Of a stretch of DNA of 64,000 bases, positions 50,729 to 58,791 are shown piece after piece (positions within the stretch are counted from its first letter, which is position 1; the number at the start of each line of letters is the position of its first letter). A model generated the notes under the pieces. It worked only from the letters and a program-made list of their open reading frames with translations. It searched no databases and had not been told where the DNA came from. This stretch comes from Dehalococcoidia bacterium. GTDB taxonomy: Bacteria; Chloroflexota; Dehalococcoidia; Lucifugimonadales; UBA3495. A program made the translations under genes and the position numbers. The stretch is taken from positions 3,583 through 67,582 of the forward strand of contig CBDBCU010000003.1 of the NCBI GenBank assembly GCA_965203435.1, given 5' to 3'.

Positions 50729-51580
50729 ATGATTGTTGACACCCATTGCCATATTTTGCCGGAGAGTTTTGCCGGCCGCCACCAGGAATTGGCCGGGCGG
50801 GACGCTACTTATGCGGCTCTGTTTCCGGCGGCCGGCGGCCGGAGGGCTACGGCGGCGGAACTGATTGCGGAAATGGCCGGGGCCGGCGTGGAACATTCGG
50901 TCGTGGTCGGGTTCGGCTGGACCGATTTGGGCGTGGCCCGGGAGTCAAACGACTATATCCTGGGGGCGGCGGCGGACTATCCGCAGCAGTTGACCGGATT
51001 CTGTTCAGTCAACCCGGCGGGGGGGCCGGCCGCCCTGGCGGAAGTAGAACGGTGCGCGGCGGCCGGAGCCCGGGGCATTGGGGAACTGCATCCGGACACC
51101 CAAGGCTTTGACCTGGCCGATTATCGGGTAATGGCGCCGCTGATGGAATTGGCGCGGCAGTGGGATTTGCCGGTGCTGGTACACTGTTCGGAACCGGTGG
51201 GACATTCGTATCCGGGCAAGGGACAAACCACGCCGGACAAGGTGTATCGGTTCATCCGCAACTTCCCGGAAAATACTATCCTTTGCGCCCATTGGGGCGG
51301 GGGACTGGCCTTTTACGGACTGATGCCGGAACTGCCGGGGGAACTGGACAAGGTATATTTTGACACGGCGGCCTCGCCCTTTCTGTACCGAAAAGAGGTC
51401 TTTGCCGTGGCGGCGCAGACCATCGGTGCCGACAAGATCCTGCTGGGCAGCGACTATCCGTTACTGCGGCAGCGGCGGCTGCTGTCCCAAGTAGAAAGCT
51501 GCGGATTGGATGCCGCCGACCAAGCGGCGATATTGGGCGGCAATGCGGCCCGGCTGCTGGGGTTGCCCCGTTCCAAGTAA
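50729..51580 (+). CDS. amidohydrolase-2-family metal-dependent hydrolase
   Basis: MIVDTHCHILP start, later VLVHCSEP and LLGSDYPL. Start at ATG 50729. Confidence 0.75.
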   Translation: MIVDTHCHILPESFAGRHQELAGRDATYAALFPAAGGRRATAAELIAEMAGAGVEHSVVVGFGWTDLGVARESNDYILGAAADYPQQLTGFCSVNPAGGPAALAEVERCAAAGARGIGELHPDTQGFDLADYRVMAPLMELARQWDLPVLVHCSEPVGHSYPGKGQTTPDKVYRFIRNFPENTILCAHWGGGLAFYGLMPELPGELDKVYFDTAASPFLYRKEVFAVAAQTIGADKILLGSDYPLLRQRRLLSQVESCGLDAADQAAILGGNAARLLGLPRSK

Positions 51581-51626
51581 CATACGACCCCTAGAACAAT
51601 ACCGCCGGCCGGCAGGATGGATATTT

Positions 51627-52172
51627 ATGGAATCCCCGGACTTTGAGACGCTGCCCGACTATCTGGAGCCGGGGCTGGATATGGTTTTCGTGGGACTGAA
51701 CCCGTCCACTTATTCGGTGCGGGCAGGGCATTACTTTGCCAATCCGCGCAATCGGTTCTGGGCGGCGCTGAACCGCTCCGGGCTGGTCGGCGTAGAGTTG
51801 ACGCCGGAACAGGATGGGTTGCTGCCAAGCTACGGCATCGGGTTCACCGATGTGGTCAAGCGGCCGACGCCGCAGGCCAAGGGTCTGACCACCGCCGATT
51901 ATCGGCAGGGGGCGCCGGCGCTGCGGGACAAACTGCTACGCTATCAGCCGCGGATTGCCTGTTTCCACGGATTGACCGGTTATAAAGCCTATCTACGCTA
52001 TGGCGAGGATGCCCCGCCAAAGGCGGAATTGGGGTTGCAGGAAGGGACGATCGGCGGCAGTCGGATTTTTGTAATTCCCAATCCCAGCCCGGCTAATGCC
52101 CGCTATTCCCTGGCGGATTTAGCGGAATGGTATCGGCGGCTGGCGGCGTTGCGGCGGGAGTTGACCGGATGA
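51627..52172 (+). CDS. mug: G/U mismatch-specific DNA glycosylase (Mug/TDG, UDG family 2)
   Basis: LDMVFVGLNPS..S...GHYFANP.NRFW and NPSPAN. Confidence 0.8.
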   Translation: MESPDFETLPDYLEPGLDMVFVGLNPSTYSVRAGHYFANPRNRFWAALNRSGLVGVELTPEQDGLLPSYGIGFTDVVKRPTPQAKGLTTADYRQGAPALRDKLLRYQPRIACFHGLTGYKAYLRYGEDAPPKAELGLQEGTIGGSRIFVIPNPSPANARYSLADLAEWYRRLAALRRELTG

Positions 52173-52792
52173 CCGGGGATAGGCAAAGCCGGTTGCGGCT
52201 GTTTGTGGCCCTGGATTTGCCGGCCGGGGCCAAGGCGGCGTTGGCGGCGACGATGGGGCAGCTGCAAAGCGTCATCCCGGCGGGAGTGCGCTGGGTGAAC
52301 CCGGCCGGGATCCATTTGACGCTGAAGTTTCTGGGGGCTACGGATAGCGGATTGGTACCGCCGCTACGAGCGGCCTTGCGGGAAGCGGCGGCCGCCGGGG
52401 ATATGAGGACCTTTCCGCTACATCTGGATGGGTTGGGCGTCTTTCCCAACGGCCGGGAGCCGCGGGTGATTTATGCCGGCGTGGGCGGCGATTTGGATAG
52501 CTTGGCCCAGGCGCAGCAACGGGTGGAGCAGGCCATAGTCCGGTTGGGATTTCCGCAGGACAAACGACCTTTCCGTCCCCACTTGACTTTGGGCCGGGTG
52601 CGGGACGGCGTGGCCCTGGCGGCCCGCCGGCAAATAGGAGAAACTATCGCCAGGCAAGCCGCCGCCTTGTCCCCGGAATATGCCTGGACGGCCGGGGAAA
52701 TCCATCTAATCCACAGCCACTTGACGCCGCAGGGAGCGGTTTATACCACTCTGGGCCGGGTTTCGTTGGGCGCGGCGGAAGGGGAAAGCTAA
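52169..52792 (+). CDS. thpR: RNA 2',3'-cyclic phosphodiesterase (2H family)
   Basis: Two HxTx motifs (HLTLKFLG, HLTLGRV). ATGA overlap with the mug stop. Confidence 0.8.
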   Translation: MTGDRQSRLRLFVALDLPAGAKAALAATMGQLQSVIPAGVRWVNPAGIHLTLKFLGATDSGLVPPLRAALREAAAAGDMRTFPLHLDGLGVFPNGREPRVIYAGVGGDLDSLAQAQQRVEQAIVRLGFPQDKRPFRPHLTLGRVRDGVALAARRQIGETIARQAAALSPEYAWTAGEIHLIHSHLTPQGAVYTTLGRVSLGAAEGES

Positions 52793-53715
52793 TGGATAAG
52801 CAGCAGATTTTACTCTATCCGACGCCGCCCTTTAACTTTGCGTTGACGGCGGAAAATCAGCCCTACTTTCGGAAAGGGGCGGCGGATGACCCCGGCAAGG
52901 GCGGGGTGTATCAGCGGCTGCTGGATTTGGGGGATACGCTGGCGCTGGCAACGGCCCGGCCGGCGGGGACGGTGGCGCAGCCGGCGGTGGCGGTGGAAAT
53001 TGCCGGGGAAGGACTGACGGCGGCCGCCGGGGATGTGGCGCAGGCGCAAATGGCGCAGCTGCTGGGCGTGGCGCAGGATTTGACGCCTTTCTACCGGAGG
53101 GCGGCGGCGGATCCGACGCTGGCCGGATTGGTCGCGCGGTTTTACGGGATGCATCTGCCGCGGACGGTGTCGGTGTTCGAGGCTTTGACCCAGGCCATTT
53201 TGGGGCAGCAACTGGCGGCCAGCGTGGCCCGGGTTATCCGCGCCCTGCTGATTGAAACTTATGGGCGGCGGGGCCGCTTTGACGGGCAGGAATACTATGC
53301 CTTTCCTCGGCCGGAAGCCCTTGCCGGGGCGTCTATCGCCGATTTGCGGCAGCTGAAACTGAGTCAGCGCAAGGCGGAATATCTGCAAGGAATTGCCCGG
53401 GAGGAACTGGCGCGGCCCGGCGGCTTGGACGCGGCCCTGGAATCTTTGTCGGATGAGGAAGTGGTGCGGGAGTTGACAGCCCTGCGGGGAGTGGGCAAGT
53501 GGTCGGCGGAATGGGTGTTGACCCGGGCCTTGGGGCGGGATGACGCTTTTCCGGTGGGGGATTTGGCTTTGCGGCGGATTGTATCGCGGCTCTATTTTGG
53601 CGGAGCGGCTTTGACCGATGGGGAGTTAGCCGAGTTTTCCCGGCGGTGGATGCCTTATCGTTCCTGGGCGACGCATTACTTGTTTGCGGCGTTGCGGGCG
53701 GGGGTAGGGGGGTGA
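52792..53715 (+). CDS. HhH-GPD DNA glycosylase (AlkA-like 3-methyladenine glycosylase II)
   Basis: LRGVGKWSAEWVL.RALGR.DAFP.GDLALRR. TAATG overlap with the thpR stop. Confidence 0.8.
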   Translation: MDKQQILLYPTPPFNFALTAENQPYFRKGAADDPGKGGVYQRLLDLGDTLALATARPAGTVAQPAVAVEIAGEGLTAAAGDVAQAQMAQLLGVAQDLTPFYRRAAADPTLAGLVARFYGMHLPRTVSVFEALTQAILGQQLAASVARVIRALLIETYGRRGRFDGQEYYAFPRPEALAGASIADLRQLKLSQRKAEYLQGIAREELARPGGLDAALESLSDEEVVRELTALRGVGKWSAEWVLTRALGRDDAFPVGDLALRRIVSRLYFGGAALTDGELAEFSRRWMPYRSWATHYLFAALRAGVGG

Positions 53716-53801
53716 ATCAGCAGAATTTGGTTTATGTCACATATTTTTCCCACTATTTAATTTGTTAAATAACCGATTATTTAATTTACTAATGAAAACG
53801 C

Positions 53802-53830
53802 TTGACAATATGTAAAATATGGTATATATT
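53802..53830 (+). promoter_or_regulatory. near-consensus sigma70-type promoter in an AT-rich tract
   Basis: TTGACA, 17 nt, TATATT. Followed by AGGAGGG, 6 nt and ATG at 53862, but that ORF runs into the IS inverted repeat after 4 codons. Confidence 0.45.
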
Positions 53831-53902
53831 GGATTGTATCCAAGATGCAGGAGGGCAATCAATGACTTCTCCGGTTCTGTAACATTTTGCTGGGGGAAAG
53901 TG

Positions 53903-54718
53903 TCACAGCAGATGCCGCACGGTTGCCTGTTCTACGCACCGGGCATTGCGCCACAGCACCTCGGTTCGGCTTTCCCCGACCCCGGAAAATTGACGCCGCA
54001 ATGCCTGTTTCCGCTCGGCCGTCCATCCCAGGCAATCCCATTCCCCAGAATACCCACTTACCGCAACCGACCCTTTTTGCAACCGCAACAAATCCGCAAG
54101 CCGGTCAAAATCAAAGTCTCCGATAGCGTAGCCATCGGTGTTCGCAGTAGGATAGGGCGGGTCGCAATAAATCACCGCATAATCGCCGTCCGCCGTCCGC
54201 TCCAACAAGCCCAAGGCATCGGAATTTTCCAACTGGACATCCCTCATCCTTTTCGCAAGCCGGACAATATCTCCCGCGCTACGCCGGGAAATACTACCGA
54301 CCGCCGGGTTAAAACGCCGATTCCAACTGCCGCCATTCAAGCGGTTGTCGCCGGCAGTAATGCACTGGCTAATCACCATGTGAAAAGCCAACGCCCGCTG
54401 AATATCCGGCAATGCCTGGTCATCCACCGCCGCGCAAGCTCACCGGTATTCATCCCGGCTGAAAGGTGTATGCTCAACCAGCCGCCCGAATTCGCCAGGG
54501 AAATTCCGCACCACCCGCCACCAGTTGACCACCCGACCGTTCCGGTCGTTAAGCATTTCCAGTTTTACCGGCGGCCGCGCCAACAGCACCCCCGCCATTC
54601 CCGCAAAGGGCTCGATATAGCAGGAATTCTTTTCCCAGGGCAGCAGGCCGGCTATCCATTCCCCTTTGCCATAGCCGCGCTTGCCGCCATAGTAAGGCAA
54701 ACTGCGATATTCGGTCAT
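53903..54718 (-). pseudogene. D12-class (Dam-like) N6-adenine DNA methyltransferase interrupted by one in-frame TGA
   Basis: N-part has YYGGKRG...YIEPFAGMAGV and C-part has IYCDPPYP. The two track ORFs (54440-54718 and 53903-54427) are in the same frame, separated only by TGA at 54440-54442 plus 4 codons. Confidence 0.7.
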
Positions 54719-55569
54719 TTCCCCTCCTCCGCTTTTACCGCCGCCACCTCTGCCCAGCTGCGGAAAGGAATTTCCGCGCCGGCCGCCTCCGCCGGCCGCT
54801 TGTCCCCCAGCGATTCGTGGGGCCGGAAATAGTTGTAATGGAGTACCAAGCCGTCAATGTATGCTTGCCCGGTTTCCCGGCTATCCAACCCCCGCAAGGT
54901 TTTGTCCCTATCCCGGAATGTGCCTTGCAACCGTTCCGACATATTGTTGTTGATTTCCGCCTTTATGCCCTGGCTTACCGTGGGCTTGACCGGATGGGTA
55001 GGAAAGGCCCGGGGCAAGGCTTGCCGGTAAGACCGCAGGCCGTCCGTCTTTAGCGTCTCCGGCGGATTGTTTGACCTTTCCCTAGCCAAGGCCAGGGTAG
55101 TTTGCGCCGACCGGGTCGTCCGATGCGGCGTCAGATAGGCCGCCAGCACAAACCGGGTGTCGCTATCCATTATATTGAACAGCCACATCTTTTCGCCGCC
55201 GACATTGACCACCATCTCATCCGCAACCCAGGTTGGGCCGGTGTTGACTTTCATCGGCCGCAGAATTTCATCTGCCGTTGCGGTCGATTCCCTGACCCAG
55301 CGATAGACGGTCATCGGCGAAGTTTCCCGACCGAAATACTGCTCCATATTGCCGGCTATCCGGCGATAGGAAAGGCCGTCAATATACATATCCACCGCTG
55401 CGCCCTTTTCGTGGGGCGTGGCGTGGGGCCGCTTGCCCTTGGGCTTGACCGGCTTGCCCAGGGCGTCAACGACAATCATCCGCCGGCCGCCGCCGCCGCC
55501 AACGCGGCAGGTGTCGCAGCGTTCCCCTGTCCGCCGCTTGCAATGGGGGGATGTGCATTTGTGTCCCAT
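54715..55569 (-). CDS. IS6-family DDE transposase with N-terminal Cys-rich (zinc-finger-like) segment
   Basis: WVADEMVVNVGGEKMWLFNIMDSDTRF...TLKTDGLRSYRQA...NNNMSERLQGTFRDR matches the IS6/IS26 DDE layout. The stop overlaps the methylase ATG (ATGA). Confidence 0.8.
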   Translation of the reverse strand: MGHKCTSPHCKRRTGERCDTCRVGGGGGRRMIVVDALGKPVKPKGKRPHATPHEKGAAVDMYIDGLSYRRIAGNMEQYFGRETSPMTVYRWVRESTATADEILRPMKVNTGPTWVADEMVVNVGGEKMWLFNIMDSDTRFVLAAYLTPHRTTRSAQTTLALARERSNNPPETLKTDGLRSYRQALPRAFPTHPVKPTVSQGIKAEINNNMSERLQGTFRDRDKTLRGLDSRETGQAYIDGLVLHYNYFRPHESLGDKRPAEAAGAEIPFRSWAEVAAVKAEEGK

Positions 55570-55635
55570 AGCAATCTATGATACACTATTCCCCCAGCAA
55601 AATGTTACAGAACCAAGAACCCGCATCACCAAGCG

Positions 55636-55983
55636 ATGGACTTGGTGGAAACGGCGATTTTGGAGCGGTCGCGGGGCAATGCGGCAAAGACGGCCCGGCT
55701 TTATGCCGAAGCCTTGGAGCTGGAGCTGGCCGCCATCGCGGAACTGGAGCAGTATGGGGAGAGGGTGGAGCCGACCTGGTCCGTGCTGCACCGCAGCGCC
55801 GGGTGGATGGCTTTCAACAGCGGACAACCCCGTTTGGCCGAGCAGTTGGCTTGTAAGGCGTTGGCGGAAAATCCGCACCCGGAGGTTGCCGCGGAATTGC
55901 GCGATTTGCTGGAGCAAGTCCGGGCGTGTATGGCCGGTAAAGGGAAAAAGTTCAGTAGGAAGGGCGGCGGAATAGCGGTTTAG
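55636..55983 (+). CDS. hypothetical helical protein (115 aa)
   Basis: Plausible composition (Ala/Glu/Leu helical) but a weak RBS. Lies between the IS end and the duplicated alkA tail. Confidence 0.4.
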   Translation: MDLVETAILERSRGNAAKTARLYAEALELELAAIAELEQYGERVEPTWSVLHRSAGWMAFNSGQPRLAEQLACKALAENPHPEVAAELRDLLEQVRACMAGKGKKFSRKGGGIAV

Positions 55984-56058
55984 ACCCCACCGGCCATCCC
56001 CCTACAACTCTACCCCTTCCTTTCCCCCGGCCAGCCCAACATCCGATTCATGTTGCGG

Positions 56059-56136
56059 CGGCGGTGGATGCCTTATCGTTCCTGGGCAACGCATTACTTG
56101 TTTGCGGCGTTGCGGGCGGGGGTTGGGGGTAGGGGG
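56059..56136 (+). repeat. second copy of the alkA-like 3' end (direct repeat of 53641-53711)
   Basis: CGGCGGTGGATGCCTTATCGTTCCTGGGC[G/A]ACGCATTACTTGTTTGCGGCGTTGCGGGCGGGGGT is identical except for 1 nt, followed by a 7-nt indel. Confidence 0.9.
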
Positions 56137-56151
56137 ATACCGAATCTGACC

Positions 56152-56373
56152 TTACCCCGGGGTATGCTCTATGGTGCCGTCATCCCGCAGGTGGTAAAAG
56201 TCCACCTTTTCGGTGCGGCCAAAGGAGCGTTCCCGGATCAGACCCTTGGGCTTGCACACTTCCAAGTCAAACAGGTTCACCTTGTTCAGGCGCACAATGG
56301 TTTTGCGCTCGGTAGTGGCGCTGTGCGTGAAGGTAAAGGGCAACAGGTTCTTGAGGTCAGCCAGCCAGCCCAT
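56152..56373 (-). CDS. hypothetical protein (73 aa)
   Basis: ORF overlaps the upstream small ORF by 17 nt. No motif recognised. Confidence 0.4.
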   Translation of the reverse strand: MGWLADLKNLLPFTFTHSATTERKTIVRLNKVNLFDLEVCKPKGLIRERSFGRTEKVDFYHLRDDGTIEHTPG

Positions 56374-56587
56374 AAACCTCGACCTCTCCGGCGCTGACGC
56401 GACGGTAGATGTAGGGCGCGCCGTTCAGCTCCGCAAGGTAGAACTTGTTAAGTTCCATAGCCTCGGGATTAAATACCACCGCGTTTCCGACCACTTTGAC
56501 CGGTTCGGCAGCGGCGGTTTCCTCAATCGGGTAACGCTTTGCGCTTACCCCGAGTTTTGCCAAATCGCTGGATTCAGCAAGCACCAT
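56357..56587 (-). CDS. hypothetical protein (76 aa)
   Basis: ATG 56587 behind AGGAGGAG. No motif recognised. Confidence 0.5.
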   Translation of the reverse strand: MVLAESSDLAKLGVSAKRYPIEETAAAEPVKVVGNAVVFNPEAMELNKFYLAELNGAPYIYRRVSAGEVEVYGLAG

Positions 56588-56632
56588 TTCTCTCCTCCTA
56601 ATCCGGAGCATGGATCAAAACGGTTACAACGG

Positions 56633-57082
56633 TTACTGGGAGGGCTTGATTATGGCCGCCAAGTTATCCAGGCAATTGTTGGTGAACGCCCGGATCTTAT
56701 CCCGGTTTTCAATCCGATCCAAGAGGACCAAGCCGCTTCCGCTTTGGGATTGTTCCCCCAAGGTTAAGTACCAGAACCGGGTATCCGGGGTCTGGTTTTC
56801 TTTGAACCTCGCTATGCCCGTAAGCGGAAGTATCGTCCACTCATCGCCGGTCAAGGTCGTTACCGCATAGTTATAGACGAAATGCTCCGTCAGGAGAAAC
56901 ACGTCCAGTTTCAGATTAGGAAACGCCGGCAACGGCCCTGATACGATGTAGTAGTCCGACAAGGTATCCCGAGAGATGCGGTTGTCGATTTCCGTGGCGA
57001 TAGCGGCGAATTCCGACCCTAGGAGGCCGGCGTCGTGGCACACCGTTTCCAACTCTTGGGTAAAGGAAACCGCAGCCATCAT
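56633..57082 (-). CDS. hypothetical protein (149 aa)
   Basis: ATG 57082 about 11 nt after GAGGAG. No motif recognised. Confidence 0.55.
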   Translation of the reverse strand: MMAAVSFTQELETVCHDAGLLGSEFAAIATEIDNRISRDTLSDYYIVSGPLPAFPNLKLDVFLLTEHFVYNYAVTTLTGDEWTILPLTGIARFKENQTPDTRFWYLTLGEQSQSGSGLVLLDRIENRDKIRAFTNNCLDNLAAIIKPSQ

Positions 57083-57218
57083 CCATCGCGCTCCTCAATC
57101 GCTGGATACCATGGGGACATTATACACTACCCGGGGATTTCTTGAAACCCGATAATTTTCAGGCAGCGTATCCCCGGAGGCAGGCAGAGAGCTACCCCTA
57201 CCCCTTCCTTTCCCCCGC

Positions 57219-58550
57219 CTACCCGAACAGCCGCGCCAGGCCGCGGGGGTTGCGGGTTTTGGAAAACTGGCGCAGCAGCTTTTGGGTCTGCTTGAACTGG
57301 TTGAGCAGGCGGTTGATGTCCTGCGGCGTGGAGCCGCTGCCGCGGGCAATGCGCCGCCGCCGACTGCCGTTCAGAATTTCCGGGCGGCGGCGTTCCTCCG
57401 GGGTCATCGAGCAGATGATGGCTTCAATCTGCTTGACCTGGCTGTCGTCAAAGTCGGCGGGCAGATCCCGGGAAAAGCGGTTCAGGTTCGGCATCATTTC
57501 CAGTAGCTGACTCAAGGAACCCATCTTTTTGACGCTCTGAATCTGCTGGAGAAAGTCCTCCAGGTCAAAGTTGGCCTGGCGGAACTTTCGCTCCAGCTCC
57601 TTGGCCTGCTTTTCATCGGTGGCTTCCTGGGCCTTTTCAATCAGGGTCAGGATGTCGCCCATAGCCAGGATGCGGGAGGCCAGTCGGTCGGGATGATAGG
57701 GTTCCAAGCCGTCGGGCCGCTCGCCGACGCCCATAAACTTGATGGGGACGCCGGTAACCTGGGTTACGGATAAGGCCGCCCCGCCGCGGGCATCGCCGTC
57801 CATCTTGGTCAGCACCAAGCCGGTCAATCCCACCCGCTGGTGAAACTCCTGGGCGGCGTTCACCGCATCCTGGCCGGTCATCGCATCCACCGCCAGCAGG
57901 GTCTCGTGGGGGGCTACCGCGGCCTTGATTTCCTCCAGTTCCGCCATCAGGTCGTCGTCAATGTGCAGGCGGCCGCCAGTGTCAATGATGGCCCAGGTCA
58001 AACCCTGCTGCCGGGCCCGGTCAACGCCGGCCCGGACTACCTGGGTTACGGTGGCGGTTTTGGGGTCTTGGGAATGGACGGGAATATCCAGCTGGCGGCC
58101 CAGGGTTTCCAGCTGGGAAATGGCCGCCGGGCGGCGCAGGTCGGCCGCCACCAACAGGGAAGTGTGGCCCTGGCGGCGCTGTTGCAGGGCCAGTTTGGCA
58201 GCGGTCGTGGTTTTGCCGGCCCCCTGCAAGCCGACCAGCATCAGCACGGAGGGCAGGCGGCTGGCGGGGGTCAGGCGGTGGTCGCCGCCGCTGAGGATGG
58301 CGGTCAGTTCCTCGTGGACGATTTTGACCACCTGCTGGCCGGGAGTGAGGCTTTCCAGGACAGCGGCGTCGAGGGCGCGTTCCTTGACTTTAGCCACAAA
58401 GTCCCGGGCCACCCGAAAGTTCACATCGGCTTCCAGCAGGGAACGGCGCACCTGTCCCAGGGCCTCGTCAATATCCTTTTCGGTCAGGCGGCCCTTGCCG
58501 GAAAGCCGGTTAAAAATGCCGGACAACTTGTCGGTCAGGTTCTCAAACAT
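57219..58550 (-). CDS. ffh: signal recognition particle protein
   Basis: MFENLTDKLS...LTEKDIDEAL, GLQGAGKTTT, DTGGRLH, TKMDGDARGGAALS, and a Met-rich M domain. Start at ATG 58550. Confidence 0.92.
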   Translation of the reverse strand: MFENLTDKLSGIFNRLSGKGRLTEKDIDEALGQVRRSLLEADVNFRVARDFVAKVKERALDAAVLESLTPGQQVVKIVHEELTAILSGGDHRLTPASRLPSVLMLVGLQGAGKTTTAAKLALQQRRQGHTSLLVAADLRRPAAISQLETLGRQLDIPVHSQDPKTATVTQVVRAGVDRARQQGLTWAIIDTGGRLHIDDDLMAELEEIKAAVAPHETLLAVDAMTGQDAVNAAQEFHQRVGLTGLVLTKMDGDARGGAALSVTQVTGVPIKFMGVGERPDGLEPYHPDRLASRILAMGDILTLIEKAQEATDEKQAKELERKFRQANFDLEDFLQQIQSVKKMGSLSQLLEMMPNLNRFSRDLPADFDDSQVKQIEAIICSMTPEERRRPEILNGSRRRRIARGSGSTPQDINRLLNQFKQTQKLLRQFSKTRNPRGLARLFG

Positions 58551-58791
58551 TCGCGGGTCTTTCATCCTCCCGTCATTGGCGGCAATTGGCAACAGTTAAA
58601 TTGTAAGGCGCGGGATAGGGGCGGGTCAAGGGAAAGGGAGGGCAACCTCCGGGCAAAAGGATAGGTCAAAAGCCGGCCGGCGCGTTGCCAATATCAAAAG
58701 CGATTTGCCTATTGCGCTTTCCAATCCCAACCGCTACAATCCCTTGTAGCGCAGTAATTCTATCCGATTCCGGCCGCTAGGGGGTATCCCA

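Larger units (their letters stand above)
53873..55614 (-). mobile_element. IS6-family-like insertion sequence (1742 bp) with passenger methylase gene
   Basis: Perfect 26-bp terminal inverted repeats (GGTTCTGTAACATTTTGCTGGGGGAA at 53873-53898, reverse complement at 55589-55614) enclose the transposase and the Dam-like gene. No flanking 8-bp direct repeat. Confidence 0.8.

Noticed and set aside
54440-54442. In-frame TGA in the Dam-like gene as a selenocysteine or programmed recoding site.
   Set aside because: I see no convincing SECIS-like hairpin immediately downstream. D12 methylases have no catalytic Cys/Sec at this position. A nonsense mutation or leaky stop is more parsimonious, so it is kept only as a question inside the IS finding.
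55418-55975. 185-aa Trp/Arg-rich ORF that would join the truncated promoter-SD-ATG unit (53862) across the IS.
   Set aside because: Its composition (WSWSWPPSRNWSS...) is not protein-like. The alternative frame (55636-55983) looks far more plausible. The frames do not join cleanly once the IS is removed.
56050-56397. 115-aa plus-strand ORF starting MLRRRWMPYRSWATHYLFAALRAGVGG.
   Set aside because: Its first 27 residues are just the duplicated alkA-like 3' end. The rest reads antisense through the 73-aa and 76-aa minus-strand ORFs. It is an artefact of the duplication.
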